In this document: positions 30,067 through 43,190 of the stretch, one piece after another
Layout of the letters: the number at the start of each line of letters is the position of its first letter
Position numbering within the stretch: the first letter of the stretch is position 1
From: Spirogloea muscicola
Taxonomy: Eukaryota
DNA: 64,000 bases
Reading direction: 5' to 3'
Assembly: GCA_009602725.1 (NCBI GenBank)
Contig: WELB01000003.1
Span: 156,264-220,263, forward strand
Notes under the pieces: model-generated
Databases searched by the model: none
What the model saw: only the letters and a program-made list of their open reading frames with translations
Told to the model about the DNA's origin: nothing
Made by a program: the position numbers and the translations under genes

Positions 30067-30594
30067 TTGGAAAAGCTTTCTCATCTTTCGTGCTGGGCCA
30101 CCTTGTACCCGCCTCCTTGGCCGCTTCCCTCCTTCCCTCGGCATCCCAAGTCCGCGGTGCTGCAACACTTCACAATTGTAAGCAAGGGGCTCTGCAACTT
30201 CTCTGTATATCCACAAGGATTCCAAGAGCATTCCTGTGGAGCCGCTCAGTAGGGCAGCTCCTCACCCTGCACCCCAATTCCTGCTGCTTTTACATCACCC
30301 TCCTTCCCACCACTTGGTCAAGGCGGTTATGCCACACGCCCCATGCTTCACAGGCTAGCGCTACCGTCTCCAGCACACCGGCACCTTTCTGTACTCCCAG
30401 AGGTAGACATTTAGCCATTTCCCATTGTTTCCCAAGTATGACCGCAGGTCACACCATCTTGCAAGTGAGATTGACTGAATGTTTGCAGATTAGGCATGCC
30501 GTGCACAACATCGTAGGGATATACGGGTGGCCGATGGCGGCTGGAGGCGATGCCAGCTCATGCTAGCCAAACCATCGCCAATGAGCAAAGGCGA

Positions 30595-32572
30595 TTAGAG
30601 GCCCGCAAGCAGCGGCATGGCGTCCGGAAATAGGACGACGCCCAATGCAATCGACGTCAGCGGTACAGTGAGGTTGTCATCTAGTCGGTCTGTGATCGGC
30701 AGCGACTCCACAATGGTGGCAGCGAGCGCAATCGCAGCAATGCGCAGCGCTGCACCACTGCCCCCTGCCTCGAAGTAGCCACCCTGCTGGAATACCCGCA
30801 CAATACTGCGTGTGCCACAAGAAGAAAGCATCAAAGTTAATATACATCCAGATAAGACACACCATCAGATCGAGGGCTCTGTTAGGGCACACAAAACATG
30901 GTAGTGCTTACCCCAGTGCCGCAGCGGAGCCGAATATGAACATGGCGAGGCTGCCCGCCCAGCTCTTGTGGCAATTCCAAGGAAGCTTTGCTGCGCCGAG
31001 CCGCCGGCCTACAATGTCTGCAATGCCTGCGTAGACAGCACACTCCACCACTCCCCTTTGTCAGGTGCGAGACACAGCAAATAATCAGATAACGCACACA
31101 ACAATAGCAAGCATCTAAGCATGCAGCAGGCTACCGACCAGCGCCCCGCCAAAAAGGTCAAGAATTCTTTGGAGAGCAGCGAGGACTTTTGGTGGTAGTT
31201 CTCACCGTCGCCAGCGCACATAAGCGCGAGAGCAACAAGCCCCACTGGCGAATCGCGCCAGAAGGCGACAGTGATGAGGGACAGGACGAGGACATAGTAC
31301 AGGGGCCCCTGGAGGAGCTCACTGCAGGGCCAGTGCCAACATCATATCGATGGGCCGTCACTAGCTATCAAGGCCGGCAGTGAGAAGAAGCAAATTCATC
31401 TCATCAGAAGCGCTCTGGCGCTCAGGCAGGCAGGGAGCAGGTGCGGCAGTCGGCCTGCAAGCAGGGACTGTCAAGAGGCAGTCCAAGAGCAGCACACCTG
31501 GGATTGCCGTCCCGGCTAATGGACCGCACTGTCGCCTCGTCCTTGAGGGCGCCGTTGCCCAGAGCAACGAGCCGCGCCGCGTTCGCTGCCGGCACCAGCA
31601 CGGCACAAAGGCGCGCAGCAGGCGCGGCACTGCAGCGTGCAGAGCAGCAGGCAGCCGCGGCCAGTCAACAGAGCTCGTGAGTTAAGGCAAACATAGGCAT
31701 GGTGGCTCCGAGCGCTCGCCACTCAGCGGGCATGGCTGGCTGGCGCACACCTGTAGAGCGGCCAGAAGAGCGTGAAGACGAGCCCCATCGTGATGTGCAC
31801 CAGCTTGCGGCTCAGCTTCTACACACCATCGCCGCAGGGAAGACGGCACTGGTGAGAGGGCTCTTGATGAGCTGCCTTGCCCCTTGCAGTGCCGCAATTA
31901 CGTCAAGCAGTGACCATGGCGGCGAGCAGGGCTGCCCTGGAGCTGAGTGCCAAGAGCTACCACGGTCGCTGTCAAGAGATTCACAGACAACACTTGTGCT
32001 TCCAGCCCGGGCCCAGCTCGGTGAGGCCGGCCGGCCGGCGGCGGGTGGCGGCAGCGGGGGCTTACCTGTTCCAGCAAGCCCCGCTGGACGAGCGCGTCGA
32101 AGAGCTTGACCAGCGACGCGGCGCCGGCCAGCGTCAGGCCCGTGGCGGCGGCGTCATGGAACGCCGGCGGCGCCAACTGCAGGCCGGCTGTGGACGCCAG
32201 GCCCAGCGCCGCGAGCGCCGCACCCTGCAGCGCTGCGGCTGGAGGGGCCCTCCGTCGCCGCTCCTCGGCTGCCGGCGACGAGGACACCTCGCGGTTTGGC
32301 GACAGCGGCGACTCCGTGACCGCCATCGGCTTCGCCGCCGAGGCCTCTGCCCGCCGGGGCTGCCATCGCCAATCGTTGGGCTGCAGCGAGGCGGCCGTGC
32401 GGAACGCGTCGCGGCCGCCGACGCAGCTACCGGCGCCGCTGCATGGCCGCCGCCGCGAGCCGAGGGCTGCGACTCTCCGCGGCACAGTCGCTGCCAGCTG
32501 TGGCCCGCTACCCCTCGCTGAAAGGCCAGGGTTGGGGGCCAGCGCGCCGCAGGTACTCATGCGGCACGCCAT
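30595..32572 (-). CDS. Phytol/farnesol kinase (VTE5/FOLK family) with probable plastid transit peptide
   Basis: KLSRKLVHITMG, ISRDGNPSELLQGPLYY, FWRDSPVG...MCAGDG|IADIVGRR, KSWAGS, ESLPITDRLDDNLTVPL. Confidence 0.92.
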
Positions 32573-32650
32573 GCCGCCGCCTCCGCCGCCGCCACCGACG
32601 TTCCCACCGCAACTAACGGCGTCCGGTGCAGCTGCCGGGGCTCGGCAGAC

Positions 32651-32803
32651 TCACAGCCACCACCCGCGCCCGGAGCTTCCCCAGACGACACGGGGCTCCA
32701 CGAGCTCCTCCACAGCAAAGACGTGATCAGGCGCCTGGCTCGTCGCCGCCTTCGCCGCCGCCGCTGCCGTCGCCGCCGCCGCAGCCGCCGCCGCCGCCGC
32801 CGT
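32651..32803 (-). CDS. Candidate ACG-initiated uORF (50 aa) in the phytol/farnesol kinase leader
   Basis: ATC-ACG-G context; ends DHVFAVEELVEPRVVWGSSGRGWWL*, 78 nt before the main ATG. Confidence 0.25.
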   Translation of the reverse strand, partial: TAAAAAAAAAATAAAAAKAATSQAPDHVFAVEELVEPRVVWGSSGRGWWL

Positions 32804-33174
32804 GATGGATGCCGCCGCCGCAGCAGCGCGCGCACGCAAGTGGCGCGAGGTGCAGCCAGAGGGGGCCCTCGCTCGAGCGACGCCCACGGCGGAACGAAGG
32901 CTGATGGGTACGGGCCCAACTAAAGCCGACGGCGAGAGGCCACTGCGAGCGACGACGGCTTGGGCACGGGCGGAGCTGAGCGCCAGAACGCCCCCCGACC
33001 AGCGTGCCAGGGCGACGACGCCGCCTGGCAGCTGCTGTGAACACTGCTTCTCGCTTGTCGACTTCGGGGCTGGCTGTTCACAGCCCTTGGCCCCTTGGGA
33101 TGACCTGTGGCGCGCTGTCCCGCAGGCGAGGTGGGCAGGCCGACTTCAACGCCGCTAGCTTAGGTCTTTCGCTN

Positions 33175-34532
33175 GGCGGCGCGGCGCCGGGGCCCCGGCC
33201 GCCGCGCGAGGACTACGCCGCCGTTGCCCGCTGGCTGGTCGCCAACAGCGACTGGGGCGTCATCAGGCGCGCACACCTCGGGACCCCACCTTTGCGTCCT
33301 TCTCATGGAGGAAGCCCCGCCTCGCGCGGCCCGCCTCGATGGTTTCGCCTCCAGGAGTGGCTGCGCTCGCAGCCAATGGACCGCGACAGTCGGCACCACT
33401 TCATTGGCTGCGAGGCTCTGTCATGCCAGTGTTGGCCTGACCTTGCCGAGCGGGCCACCAGCCCTCATCCTTCGCCCTCCGCCGGCGCAGCATCGGCGCC
33501 CGCCGTCGACGGCGCCGGCTGAGCCGAGAAGCCCGCCCTGTGTTGCGCATGCAGCACCATCTCCGAGCACCTGGGGGGCGGCCCCTTCGGGTGAGCCGCC
33601 GCAGCTGCCATTGGCATTCTCAACCGCCGCCGGCGCACCCAGAAGACCTTTGGGGTTCACGGTGTAGGGTTTAGGCAATGCCCATCTCTCTGGTTCTCAA
33701 AGACAGCGTTGCGCGCTGCCCGGCTCTGATCGCCGCCCCTGCCACCGCCATACGGTGCAGGAACGTGGCAGCCCTCGCCGATGTAGGGGGCCGGCCCTAC
33801 TTCTACAAGAGCGCCCTGGATTGGACGGCTGCCGACGCCGCAGCTGACGCCCGTGCGTCCCTCGCCCTCAGCGAGCAGCCCCTTGGGACGTGCACAGCCG
33901 ATGCTGAGAACCCGACATGTGCGAGGTTGACGCTGTCTGGCAAGGTCTGGCTCCAGCAAAGAGTGCTGGGCCTGTTGAGCTACCGCTGCACTTAGCTTCG
34001 GCAGCAGCTAAGAAGCTGCTGTGCGGCAGCTGCAGAGGCAGTCTGCGCTGCTCTTGCTCGGCAATGATTAAGCGCTTGCTGCCTGCCTTGCAGATGCGTG
34101 AGGTTGGGGTAGAGGAGCTGGCGGTGGCAAGGCATGCGCTGTTCGCCAAGCACCCAGAGATGGAGGGTGAGTTACGCCATATCAACACGCAGCAGAGCTG
34201 GCATGCATATGATTCACACAGACCTCCATGCTATGCATCCTGCCTGCTTGCTGGCCTTTCCAGGCCCTTTCTGCAGTGGGTTGGGATGCACTGCCTGCCC
34301 TAAGCCTTGGCCGCTTGCACCTTTCGATGTCTACAAAGCCCCTGCTGACACGCCATTGCTTGCAGGCTGGCCGCGTGACCATCATTTCCGCTTCTACACG
34401 CTCGACATCGTCAATGTGTTCCTCGTCGACTGGTTCGGCGGCCCCGCCCCCATCACCCCAGCAGAGTACTATGGCCACAGTGTTGTGTACCTGCCGTCGA
34501 CAGTCGGTTCTGAAATACTTGATGCAGCTTGA
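33175..34532 (+). CDS. CREG: CREG-family (pyridoxamine-5'-phosphate-oxidase-like split barrel) protein; true start probably lost at the single N at 33174
   Basis: ARWLVANSDWGVI|STISEHLGGGPFG|NV, PYFY, DAENPTCARLTLSGK, ALFAKHPEME|GWPRDHHF, VDWFGGP...EYY. Confidence 0.9.
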
Positions 34533-35763
34533 GCCTGCATCTTACTTTTCTCACTGCACTTTGTACATATAGACCCGTCAGCATCAAGTTGCCTTGGCTA
34601 CCAGCGCTACATACGCACCTACGTTTGATGGTGTTAGCCTGCATCATGACACCCTATGGCTCGGCTTGGACGTCCCTCAGCTAGCCCTTGCATCGGCCAC
34701 TTTCCAAGAGTGCATGTGACTTTGTACAATCTGCTCAATGAGGGCTGGGGATGCAAACGGAAGCTGAGGATGAAGGGAAGGAGGGAGAGCGAGGAAGAGA
34801 GAGCAGCGCTTCCTGCGGTACGCAGGGCCGCAGGCTCCTTTAGTTGCTCTCCTCTGCATGCTTGTGCAGTCTTGGGAAGAGGCTGAATGCCACGAACTTG
34901 CTGAGGGTGGGGCCCTCGGCTTGCATGAAGGTGCTGCGGCAGGCAATAGGGCCTGCACTGCCCAGCAGTGCAAGTATGACATTTGGTTGGCAACCATTGC
35001 ATGTGAGGCACTGGAACGGAAAGGGAAGGCTGTGGGGAACTCAACGGCAGCCTGTACTTGGGAGGCGAGAGAAGAGGGGGTTGGCAGGCGGGGGGGGGAC
35101 CTTGAAGCTCCACAAGGCTTGCTGTGTGCAATGTTGCAGAGGTAGCCCACGTTTGTTTCGTCGCCTGGGTGAACACCCTTTTGATCGGTTTGCACAAACA
35201 TTTGACATTCAGTGCGACTGAACAGGCGGTGAGCTCTACAAGGAGTCCATGGAATGTCAGTAACGGAACCGCAAGCCTGACAGCTTCTGCAGCCATCTGC
35301 AAGGGGCCTTTCGCGGCTTGCCGAGTTTCATGCGCATAAGAAGCAGTGGGTGCGCAAGTCTCTGTGCCCTCACCCCTCTTCAGGTCCTTTTGACCGGCAA
35401 CTCCGTGAACATACATGGCTGCTGAGGAAGGCGTTGAGGTCGTTAGGATCGGCTGGAAGTAGCAGAGTACATAGGGCTTGATCGATCGACAGTCGACTCG
35501 GCTCTCTTACTGGAAGTGCTTTACTGTAGCGGGAGAAGAGGGCCTCACACAGCCATCTTCTCCCCTTATTTCTCTGCCAAGTTGTGCTGTCGCCCTGTTC
35601 CCCTAACCCCCTCTTAGCTGTGACTTGGTGTTCTCCGGAGCTCATTAGTGGTCTCATTAGTGTTCTCTCGCTTTTCTTTTGCGTTTTACCCGTTTGCTCT
35701 CTGACGGGGCTAACAACGTCGGGTAATGGCGCGGAGCGGGCCTGCCAGCCGCCGGCCGGCGCC

Positions 35764-38315
35764 ATGGCCGCACCCTCCTCGAGGTCCCCCCCCCGCCTCC
35801 TTCGAGCGCGCTTGGCCACTGCGCGGGGGCTCTCCGATGGCCGCCGCTCGGAGCGCCTCCCAGCGCGCAGCCTCACGCCGCCAGCATCGCGCCTTCCTCC
35901 CCGCAGGGAGCTGCGGTCCTTCCGTCGCTGGATGGCCGCGCACGGCCTGCGGTGCGACCGGCGGGACCTGGAGCTCGTCGCGGGAGGCGCCGTCGCGGCG
36001 GGGCATGGCGTCGTGGCGAGGCGGGACCTCTCGCGGGGCACCGTCGTCGCCACCATCCCCAAGCGCGCCTGCCTCACCGTGCGCACCACGGGCGCCGCCG
36101 GTGCGATCCAGGCAGCCCACCTCGGCGGCGCGCTGGGCCTCAGCGTCGCGCTCATGTACGAGCGCAGCCTCGGCGCCGCGTCGCAATGGGCCGCCTACCT
36201 GGACCTCCTCCCTGCGGCCGTCGACCTGCCCTTCCTGTGGAGCCCCGCGGACCATGCGCACCTCGTGGGCTGCGAGCTGCAGCCGCAGGTGCAGCAATCA
36301 GCAGCACTGATCCTGATTCTTCGTACTGAGTCTCGAAACCCCATGCCCCGACTCTGACTCTGAGCGCTAAGTTGTGACCAACTTACTGGCCTGCCACAGG
36401 TGCTGGCGAGCGACCGGCGACTGATGCGCGCCGACTGGCTGGAGGAGGTGGCCCCGCTGGCGCACGCCGACCCCGCGCGCTTCCCGCCGGCCCGCTTCCG
36501 GCTGGAGGACTACCTGGCCGCCAAGTCGCTCGTGGCGTCCCGGTCGTTCCAAGTCGACGACGCGCACGGCTTTGGCATGGTGCCCCTGGCTGACCTGTCA
36601 GAGCCTCCCCGCTGCGTCTCCGCTGAGAAATGCCTAAACCTTCAATCTAACCCGTAAACCCTAACCCTGAAGAGTGCAAGCCCTGGCCTGGGAAGCTCGA
36701 ATCAAGCTTGCAGCGCCGCATGCAGTCATCGCATTGGGGTCTATCCTGCCATTGGGTGTCTCGTTTAGGATAGAATAAGCCACAGTACTCTATACTGCTC
36801 AGAGCTCTTAGCTCGTTACCGAGCTCAGGAGAGGCATACTTTCCCGTGGATACAGCTTCTTGTGCCTCCCTTCAGGCTCTAAAACATCTTAACCTGTTGC
36901 TCGTTCTCTACTTGTGGCTCAGCTTCAACCACCGCACTGCAGCCGAGGATGTGCATATCACAGAAAGACTGGCGACCTTACACGAAGATGGCAGCGAGTG
37001 CAGCAAGGACAGCATGGCCGGCAAGGACAGCGAGAGCAGTGGGGGCAGCCAGGATGATGGCCATTTGAGTGATGAACTGCCTTCCTCCAAAGCAAGCGAG
37101 CTGCTGGAAGAGCCTGGCTGCAGTGAGCAGGCTACGGACCAAGCCATGGAGTATTGTGAAGACCGTGGGCTTCCTGTGAGACATGGCAACGCAGGCATGA
37201 TAGAGCTGGCGGACGACGCGAGCGAAGGAGCTTTGAAGTGTGACTCCTCCAGAGAGCGGGGAGAAGATCAAGAGCAGGACATGCTGGACATGGTTCTTGT
37301 ACGAGATGTCAAGCAGGGGTCTGAGGTCAGCTGTATACCTGGCATTCAGCCAGTCTAGCAACATGTTGTCAGCTCATGCCCGCAGAGAAGCCTGTTGTAA
37401 GTGGAAGGTTTGACGAATCAGATGTCCTCCATCAAGAACATGCTTCTGGAATAGAGGGCCCTACACTGAGAGCTCTGACACATGAGCCTTTTGCACAGTT
37501 GTTCAGATCTGCAAGGTGCAAGGTGCCTTGGCACTTTGACTGTTTCACTCAGGCACTGCTGCTTTTGCATGCAGGTTTACAATACGTATGGTCAGGTGGG
37601 GAATGCGGCGCTTCTACACAAATATGGCTTCACTGAACCAGGCAACCCATTTGACGTTGTCAACCTTGACATTGAGTTGCTCCAGGCCGCCTACTGCTTA
37701 GTTACTGCAAGGTCGCCACGTCACTGGCGCCGTCGAGTTGCTCTGTGGGGCCAGGCGGGGTGCCGTGGCGTGGTCTCCAAGCAGGGCATGTACTTTGAGA
37801 TTGGCGCTGGTGGTGAGCCCGAGCTCGACCTGCTCCTGCTGCTTCGAGTGGCGCATGCGAGCGAGGCCGAGTGCGAGGCTCTCGCAGCCTGCGCAGCCAC
37901 CTGCCATGGACAGGTGAGAGAGGTTGCTGCCGCGCTTGGTTACTGCCAGATCGAGGCAGGCAAGGAGGAAGGTGCCAGTTGTCGAGTTGACGAGCGGGAG
38001 CAGGAGCCACAGCTTCGTGAGTGGCTGTTGTCGTTGCCGTCATTGCGCTTGACTCTGCTCAGAGCGCTGAAGCTGCGGGATGCAGCCTACCCGACAGCAT
38101 CATTGAGTGTTGACGTTGCCCAACGTGCGACCATCCTAGACCGGCGAAAGCACCTAGCCACAACGCTGCGGATTGCAGAACGGCGCATCATTCAAAGGTG
38201 CTCAGAGCTTGTTGATCCAGAAGGCTTGTTGTCCACGGGCTTGCCAGACAGTAGTGGAGCCGATAAGTCCATCATAGACCAGGTAGGTCCTGATGTGGGC
38301 CTCACTTGCACTTGA
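35764..38315 (+). CDS. SET-domain protein lysine methyltransferase, SETD6-like (4 exons)
   Basis: IPKRACLT, ALMYERSLG, AAKSLVASRSFQVDDAHGFGMVPLADL|FNH, acidic insert, E|VYNTYGQVGNAALLHKYGFTEPGNPFD. Confidence 0.9.
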
Positions 38316-39158
38316 GGACTGAGACCAACAAATTGGCACCACCTTGTGTGAACACTGCACCTGGCCTCAAAGCACTCGTTGCAATTTATCTGTCATGTCT
38401 TGCTGGTCGTGTGCCCATTGATGAGCATCTTGTGCACAAGTACCTGTGCTTGGACCTCTCTATTGCACGCATCCAGGCAATACAAGTATGTGCAGGTAGC
38501 TCAGATCAGGGCTCTCACCCCTGGCGGTCTGGAAGGTGCAGCCGACAGGAGGTTGCACCTGAGGACGACTCTGCAAAGCTTCCAGCGCGATGATTCTTGG
38601 GCCAATGGAGTGAAGCACTGGTTCTGTGCACTAGTGCTGCATGACAGCAGCTCAGAAGGAGTATTGAGAGTCTGGGGCGGCGACCTTAAAAATGTGGCTG
38701 TTTGATGTCAGTTAGCAGCAGTAAGAGCCAGAGTGACGTGGACACCGGTGATGCCATTTCGGGTGAGCAAAGTAGCTGCAGATGCCAAAGGGCGACGTGG
38801 AAGTCATGCGGGTGTGTGCGGGGGTCAAATGTGTTGAATGTAGTAATGTGGTGAATCAGCTTCTTGACTCCGCTGATATTGATGAAGCGCATGCGGAATA
38901 CCTGAGCAAGCGACCATTATAAAGAAGAACTAAAAGTGGACGCGCCAACATGGAACGCAAATCGCTCAAACATATAAAACGGCCGTCACAGGATGGCAAC
39001 TAGTTGATAGGAGAGCAAATGCCAAGGGTAAGGGAGGTTCACACAAGTAGCGACGGGCAGCAGGGCGAGAAGCCTGGCTTCCATGTCGTCGGGTCCCTCG
39101 CCCAAGTTTTACCGGATGCGCCTGGCCGTCTCTTTGCAGCGGTCCATAGCTTTTGCGG

Positions 39159-39560
39159 TCCACTTGCGCGCAGGCCGCGCTCTGGCGGCGGCCTCCGACT
39201 TCCGTCAGGGCGACGTCTTTCCGCCTGCTAGCTACTCAGATTTGCATCTACTGACGAGAGGGTACTGAGAGTTCGCTTACTGCTGTCTCAGTCCTTAGCA
39301 CTCCGACTCCTTCAGACCTTGTCCATTCTTTTGGGCTGGCCTCTCCCTGATGTTGCTCAGTCCTGATGTTGCTCACTCGTGGGTACTGAGCTTTCCTCTG
39401 CATCGTTTCTGTGTACTGCAGTATGTTGTAGTGTAGTCCTTTCTCCGGCTCCTCTTGCTTTGGCTTTGGACATTGTCCATTCTTTTTTGGGCTGGCTTGG
39501 CCAGCCCCTCTTTTCTATGGGCGCGCTTTTCTCTCCCAGCCACCAGTTAATCTGGCCGCG
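39159..39560 (+). repeat. R1 repeat copy interrupted by a 183-bp module B (39348-39530)
   Basis: R1 stops at CTCTCCC (39341-39347) and resumes at CTCTCCC (39531-39537). The insert matches 47880-48050. Confidence 0.88.
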
Positions 39561-39578
39561 GAAAAGAAAAGTAGTGAA

Positions 39579-39675
39579 GTGGACACGACACGAGGACTTC
39601 CCGGGAGGTCACCAATCCCAGTACTATTCTCGCCCAAGGGAGCTTAACCTCGGAGATCTAATGGGATCCGGTGTA
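39579..39675 (-). pseudogene. 5'-truncated 5S rRNA copy (3' ~95 nt) with T-rich terminator
   Basis: Minus strand reads CACCGGATCCCATTAGATCTCCGAGGTTAAGCTCCCTTGGGCGAGAATAGTACTGGGATTGGTGACCTCCCGGGAAGTCCTCGTGTCGTGTCC, collinear with plant 5S. The first ~24 nt are not 5S-like. Confidence 0.88.
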
Positions 39676-40171
39676 AAACGGCACAGTTGTACAAATGGAA
39701 TGTCTATTGTAATGGATCGTAGCGTTGAGCGCCCGAATTTGATCAAGGCGCCATCACAGAAGGCCTGCCCGCCCTGGCGCCGCCGCCGCAGCCGCCGCCG
39801 CCGCCGCCGCCGCCGCCGNTCGCCGGAGAACGCGGCGGCTCCGGCGGCTGCGGCGGCTCCGCCGGCGGCGCTCCCCTGGAGGAGCCGCATGGAGCGGCTG
39901 TCGCGGGGTTTTACGATCAGTGGCGGCGGTGCACGAGCCGGGGCGCTGGCCCGCGGCGATGGCGGCGGGCTGCCGACGGCCGCAGCCGGCGAGCCCGCCG
40001 AGGCGCTCTGACGACGACGGCGACGAGGCTGGAGCTTTGCGGCGCTCGCGAGCAGGCCCTCGGCGCAGGAGCGGCTTGATGACCGCAGCGCTGGCTGGCC
40101 CCACGAGCGCGAGAAGGCATCGGCAGACGAGGGCTTAGAGGCCCCTCGCCGTCGCGGGCCGTCGCAGCAGC

Positions 40172-42318
40172 ATGGTGGCGGTCCGTGGCAAAGTCGACGC
40201 CGAGGACGCGCTGGACGTGTCGCGCGCCGACCGTGGCATCTGGCTGCTCAAGGCCCCGGCGGCTATTGCTGAGCAGTGGCGCAAGTCGGCTGCGGCGGCC
40301 CCCAGCGCCGGCAGCGGCGGCGGCGTGGAGGTCGGCCGCCTGCGCCTCTCCTTCGATCTCGACGACCCGTCGAGCCGCAAGGTCGCCGCTCTCGCACTCG
40401 TGCCGTTTCCCTTGCGTTGGCTGGAGAGGCCCAACCGGCCAAGGCATACGTCACTTCCCCCTGCATGGCCGCCTTCCTCTGCGGCCAGGCTTCAGCTTTG
40501 GCGTCTCACGACTCGTTGGACTGGGTTTGGTGGCGAGCAGTACACCTTGGAGTTAAAGCGTGCCAATGACGTTCCTGGGCCGCGGCAGTTCCTGCTGCAC
40601 CCTACTGATCCGGTGCCTATCCACGTCTTCTCGGAGTCCGAAGGTGAGGCATGCATATTCGGCCTCTGTTCTGGGTCTCTGCTTTCTATTAAGGTTTATG
40701 GTTTGCGCTTTAGGGTTTAGGGTGAAGGGGATTAGGGTATGGGTGGTCACATGTAGTGATGGGGGTGACTGGTTTGACTCATCACTGCATGCATGCATCG
40801 AGACAAGTCCAAGCTGCGGTTGCCATGGCACGAGAGCTGTTTGCTGGGAAGAGTCAATGAGGGAGTCAGTATATACATTTGAAGAACGACTGGCTTTGCT
40901 TGTGAAAGTCAGCTCAAAGTCCAGCAAGCATATGCTCGGAGTGCAGCAGTATGCTGGCAGCGACAATGTGATGACTTGCAACTTTTCAAGCTCATGTTTT
41001 GCTCTTGTACCCAATATTGCGACAACAGAGAAGGTGGTCGTTGAAGGAAAGGTGGAGCACAAATTTGACCTGCAGACTGGCAGCGCCGACAGTCAGGACT
41101 ACCGAGCCCTTGTTCGGAGCAGATTCGAGGTTGCGAACAAGCCCAAACGGGTGATCCAGGTAACCTCCTGACTGTGTATGTCAATGTACTTACTTTTCAT
41201 GACCATGTCTACACAAATGCAGAGGGCCCAGATTGACTATATTGGTCCACAAGATCAGGTCAAGGAGAATGATATACAAGTCTACAGCAAATTGGTGTTT
41301 TGCACAGTAGCTCATGCAGGATCTCTTAGGTGTGTCAGGCGGCCTAGCAAGCTGCAATATGAGGGGTAAGAGGGCAGTCATCTCAGATGGTGTCTTTACT
41401 ATGTACTTGTTATCATGCAGATGCTAGGTGATGAGAAAGGCCCATCCATACAACCTGCTCCTTTGACGACGCCCTTACCAATCAGCAAGGTATGGCAAGG
41501 ACATGGGGCCGGCCCCCAGTCTATGACATTACCTCCACTCTCCCTCTCCACCTTGCCCCCTTATTGGTCACTCTATATTGCTGACAACGCAACATGCAAG
41601 CATCTCTTGAGGCTTGCCTGCCGGCTTTGAGACATTATATGAGGAAGCTTGAGATTACATTGATGCTATCAGTGCCGTGGCCGTTGACATGCGCTGGTTG
41701 AGCTTGCTCTAATTCTCTTGAGTGCTCCCATTGTTTCCATCTTGGTGCAGGCCCCCAAGCGCTTACCTGCAGGGGTGAAGGTTTCTGATATGAAGAGAGT
41801 GAGGATGGACCGAGATCAGCTCGAGGCTCGCATGTTTGCCCTCTTTGAGAGGCAAGCCAACTGGAATCTCAAGCAGCTGACTGAGGCGACGGATCAGCCG
41901 ACGGTATTCTTATACAATCTTGCTACCTTCTTCATAGTGGGGTTCAATTCCACGTTGCATTTCGAACATGTTTGGTCTCCATGGTGAATCTTTGTGTGGA
42001 TGAGGCGCAACCTATTTTCTCAAGCTCTGCACCTCAGTCCTCTCTTGACATGGGCATGCGTAGCATTCTGACCTACTGGCACTTCACAGCCCAGCAACCT
42101 TGCCATCATTCTATTGCTGCAGGACTGCAGTCTCCTTCTGCCAATTGTCTTCTTTACTTATATGGAACTTGTTGTTGCATCTCATGAGCTCTGTGTAGGC
42201 TTTCCTGAAGGACATTCTCACTGACCTATGTGTGTACAACAAGAGGGGTGTCAACCAGGGGACTTACGAGCTGAAGCCTGAATACAAGCGGAAGACAGAG
42301 GATTTTGAGGCTTCATGA
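40172..42318 (+). CDS. GTF2F2: General transcription factor IIF beta subunit (RAP30)
   Basis: RADRGIWLLKAP, PIHVFSE, VEGKVEHKFDL, KRVRMDRDQLEARMFALFERQANWNLKQL...DQP, YNKRGVNQGTYELKPEYK. Confidence 0.95.
40692..40742 (+). repeat. Degenerate TTTAGGG-like tract in a TFIIF intron
   Basis: ggtttatggtttgcgctttagggtttagggtgaaggggattaggg. Confidence 0.65.
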
Positions 42319-43190
42319 CACATTATTTCCAACTAGTCTGCCGTCAGGCTCTCATATGTGTTCTTTGATCTGGACATTTTCAATTCTAGTAGCACTTCAG
42401 TGCAATTGTAGACCTGGAACAAAGTGCTGCTGCACACTTTTTGTGGACCATGCAGTGCAAGCCCACGTTGGCCAGTACATATTTGTGGTACCATAAGTCG
42501 AGACAGCCTGGGTTTGTCAAAAAAATTTAGCACACATTTTAGATTACAGTGACTATCTACCTACATTCAGTTTGCACATCGCCAGGTACATATGTCAATG
42601 CCCTGCAATTCACCTTGCATATTGAACAATACCACGACCTCTGCTACCTATACCTGCACAACCTGCAGCGTTTTTCTGCTTGCAGTTCAGATGCTACAGT
42701 CCGCAGATGGCAAGCAGCATACAGCCTACACCATGTTTTGTGGATTGCGGGGGGGGGGAGGGGGGGAGGAGGGGGGGGGGCTTGCTTTGGAGATGCGATA
42801 AGTTCCTGCAGCTGCTGGTGTTCCTTGAATTGTGCAAATTCTCATTCCTGAACAAAGGTCTATGGCACAAACCTCACGAATTCAATTACTGCTCCATACA
42901 TGCTTACTACGAGCTGGGATTTGGCAGACCGGAGATCAGCAAGAGGTCAAGATTTGGGAAGCTGAGCCGAAAAGGAAGCATAAGATAGTACAGAAATTAC
43001 GGGAAAAGTAGTTCACCATTGCCAGCGCAATTCAGGGGTAGTGCTTAACAGTAGTCCAAATTGTACATCTGATATATTACTGTAATTTAGTCAAGGCAGA
43101 ATATGAAAAAGAAAGTCCGTTGTGAGCACCCAGAAATCCTTTGTTACCGGACCATGGTTGTTTCTTCACGGCAATGTCAAAAATTGCAGG

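Noticed and set aside
34634..35416. Minus-strand ORFs with Cys-rich pieces and possible splice sites between CREG and the SETD6-like gene
   Set aside because: No recognisable family and no convincing start or gene model; cannot be supported without RNA data.
39250..39280. CTGACGA resembling a hammerhead ribozyme core in R1
   Set aside because: No downstream GAAA or stem II, and other copies read CTGACTA.
39889..40011. 40-codon ATG ORF upstream of TFIIF-beta
   Set aside because: Low-complexity Gly/Ala peptide in GC-rich sequence with unknown TSS; no distinguishing coding signature.
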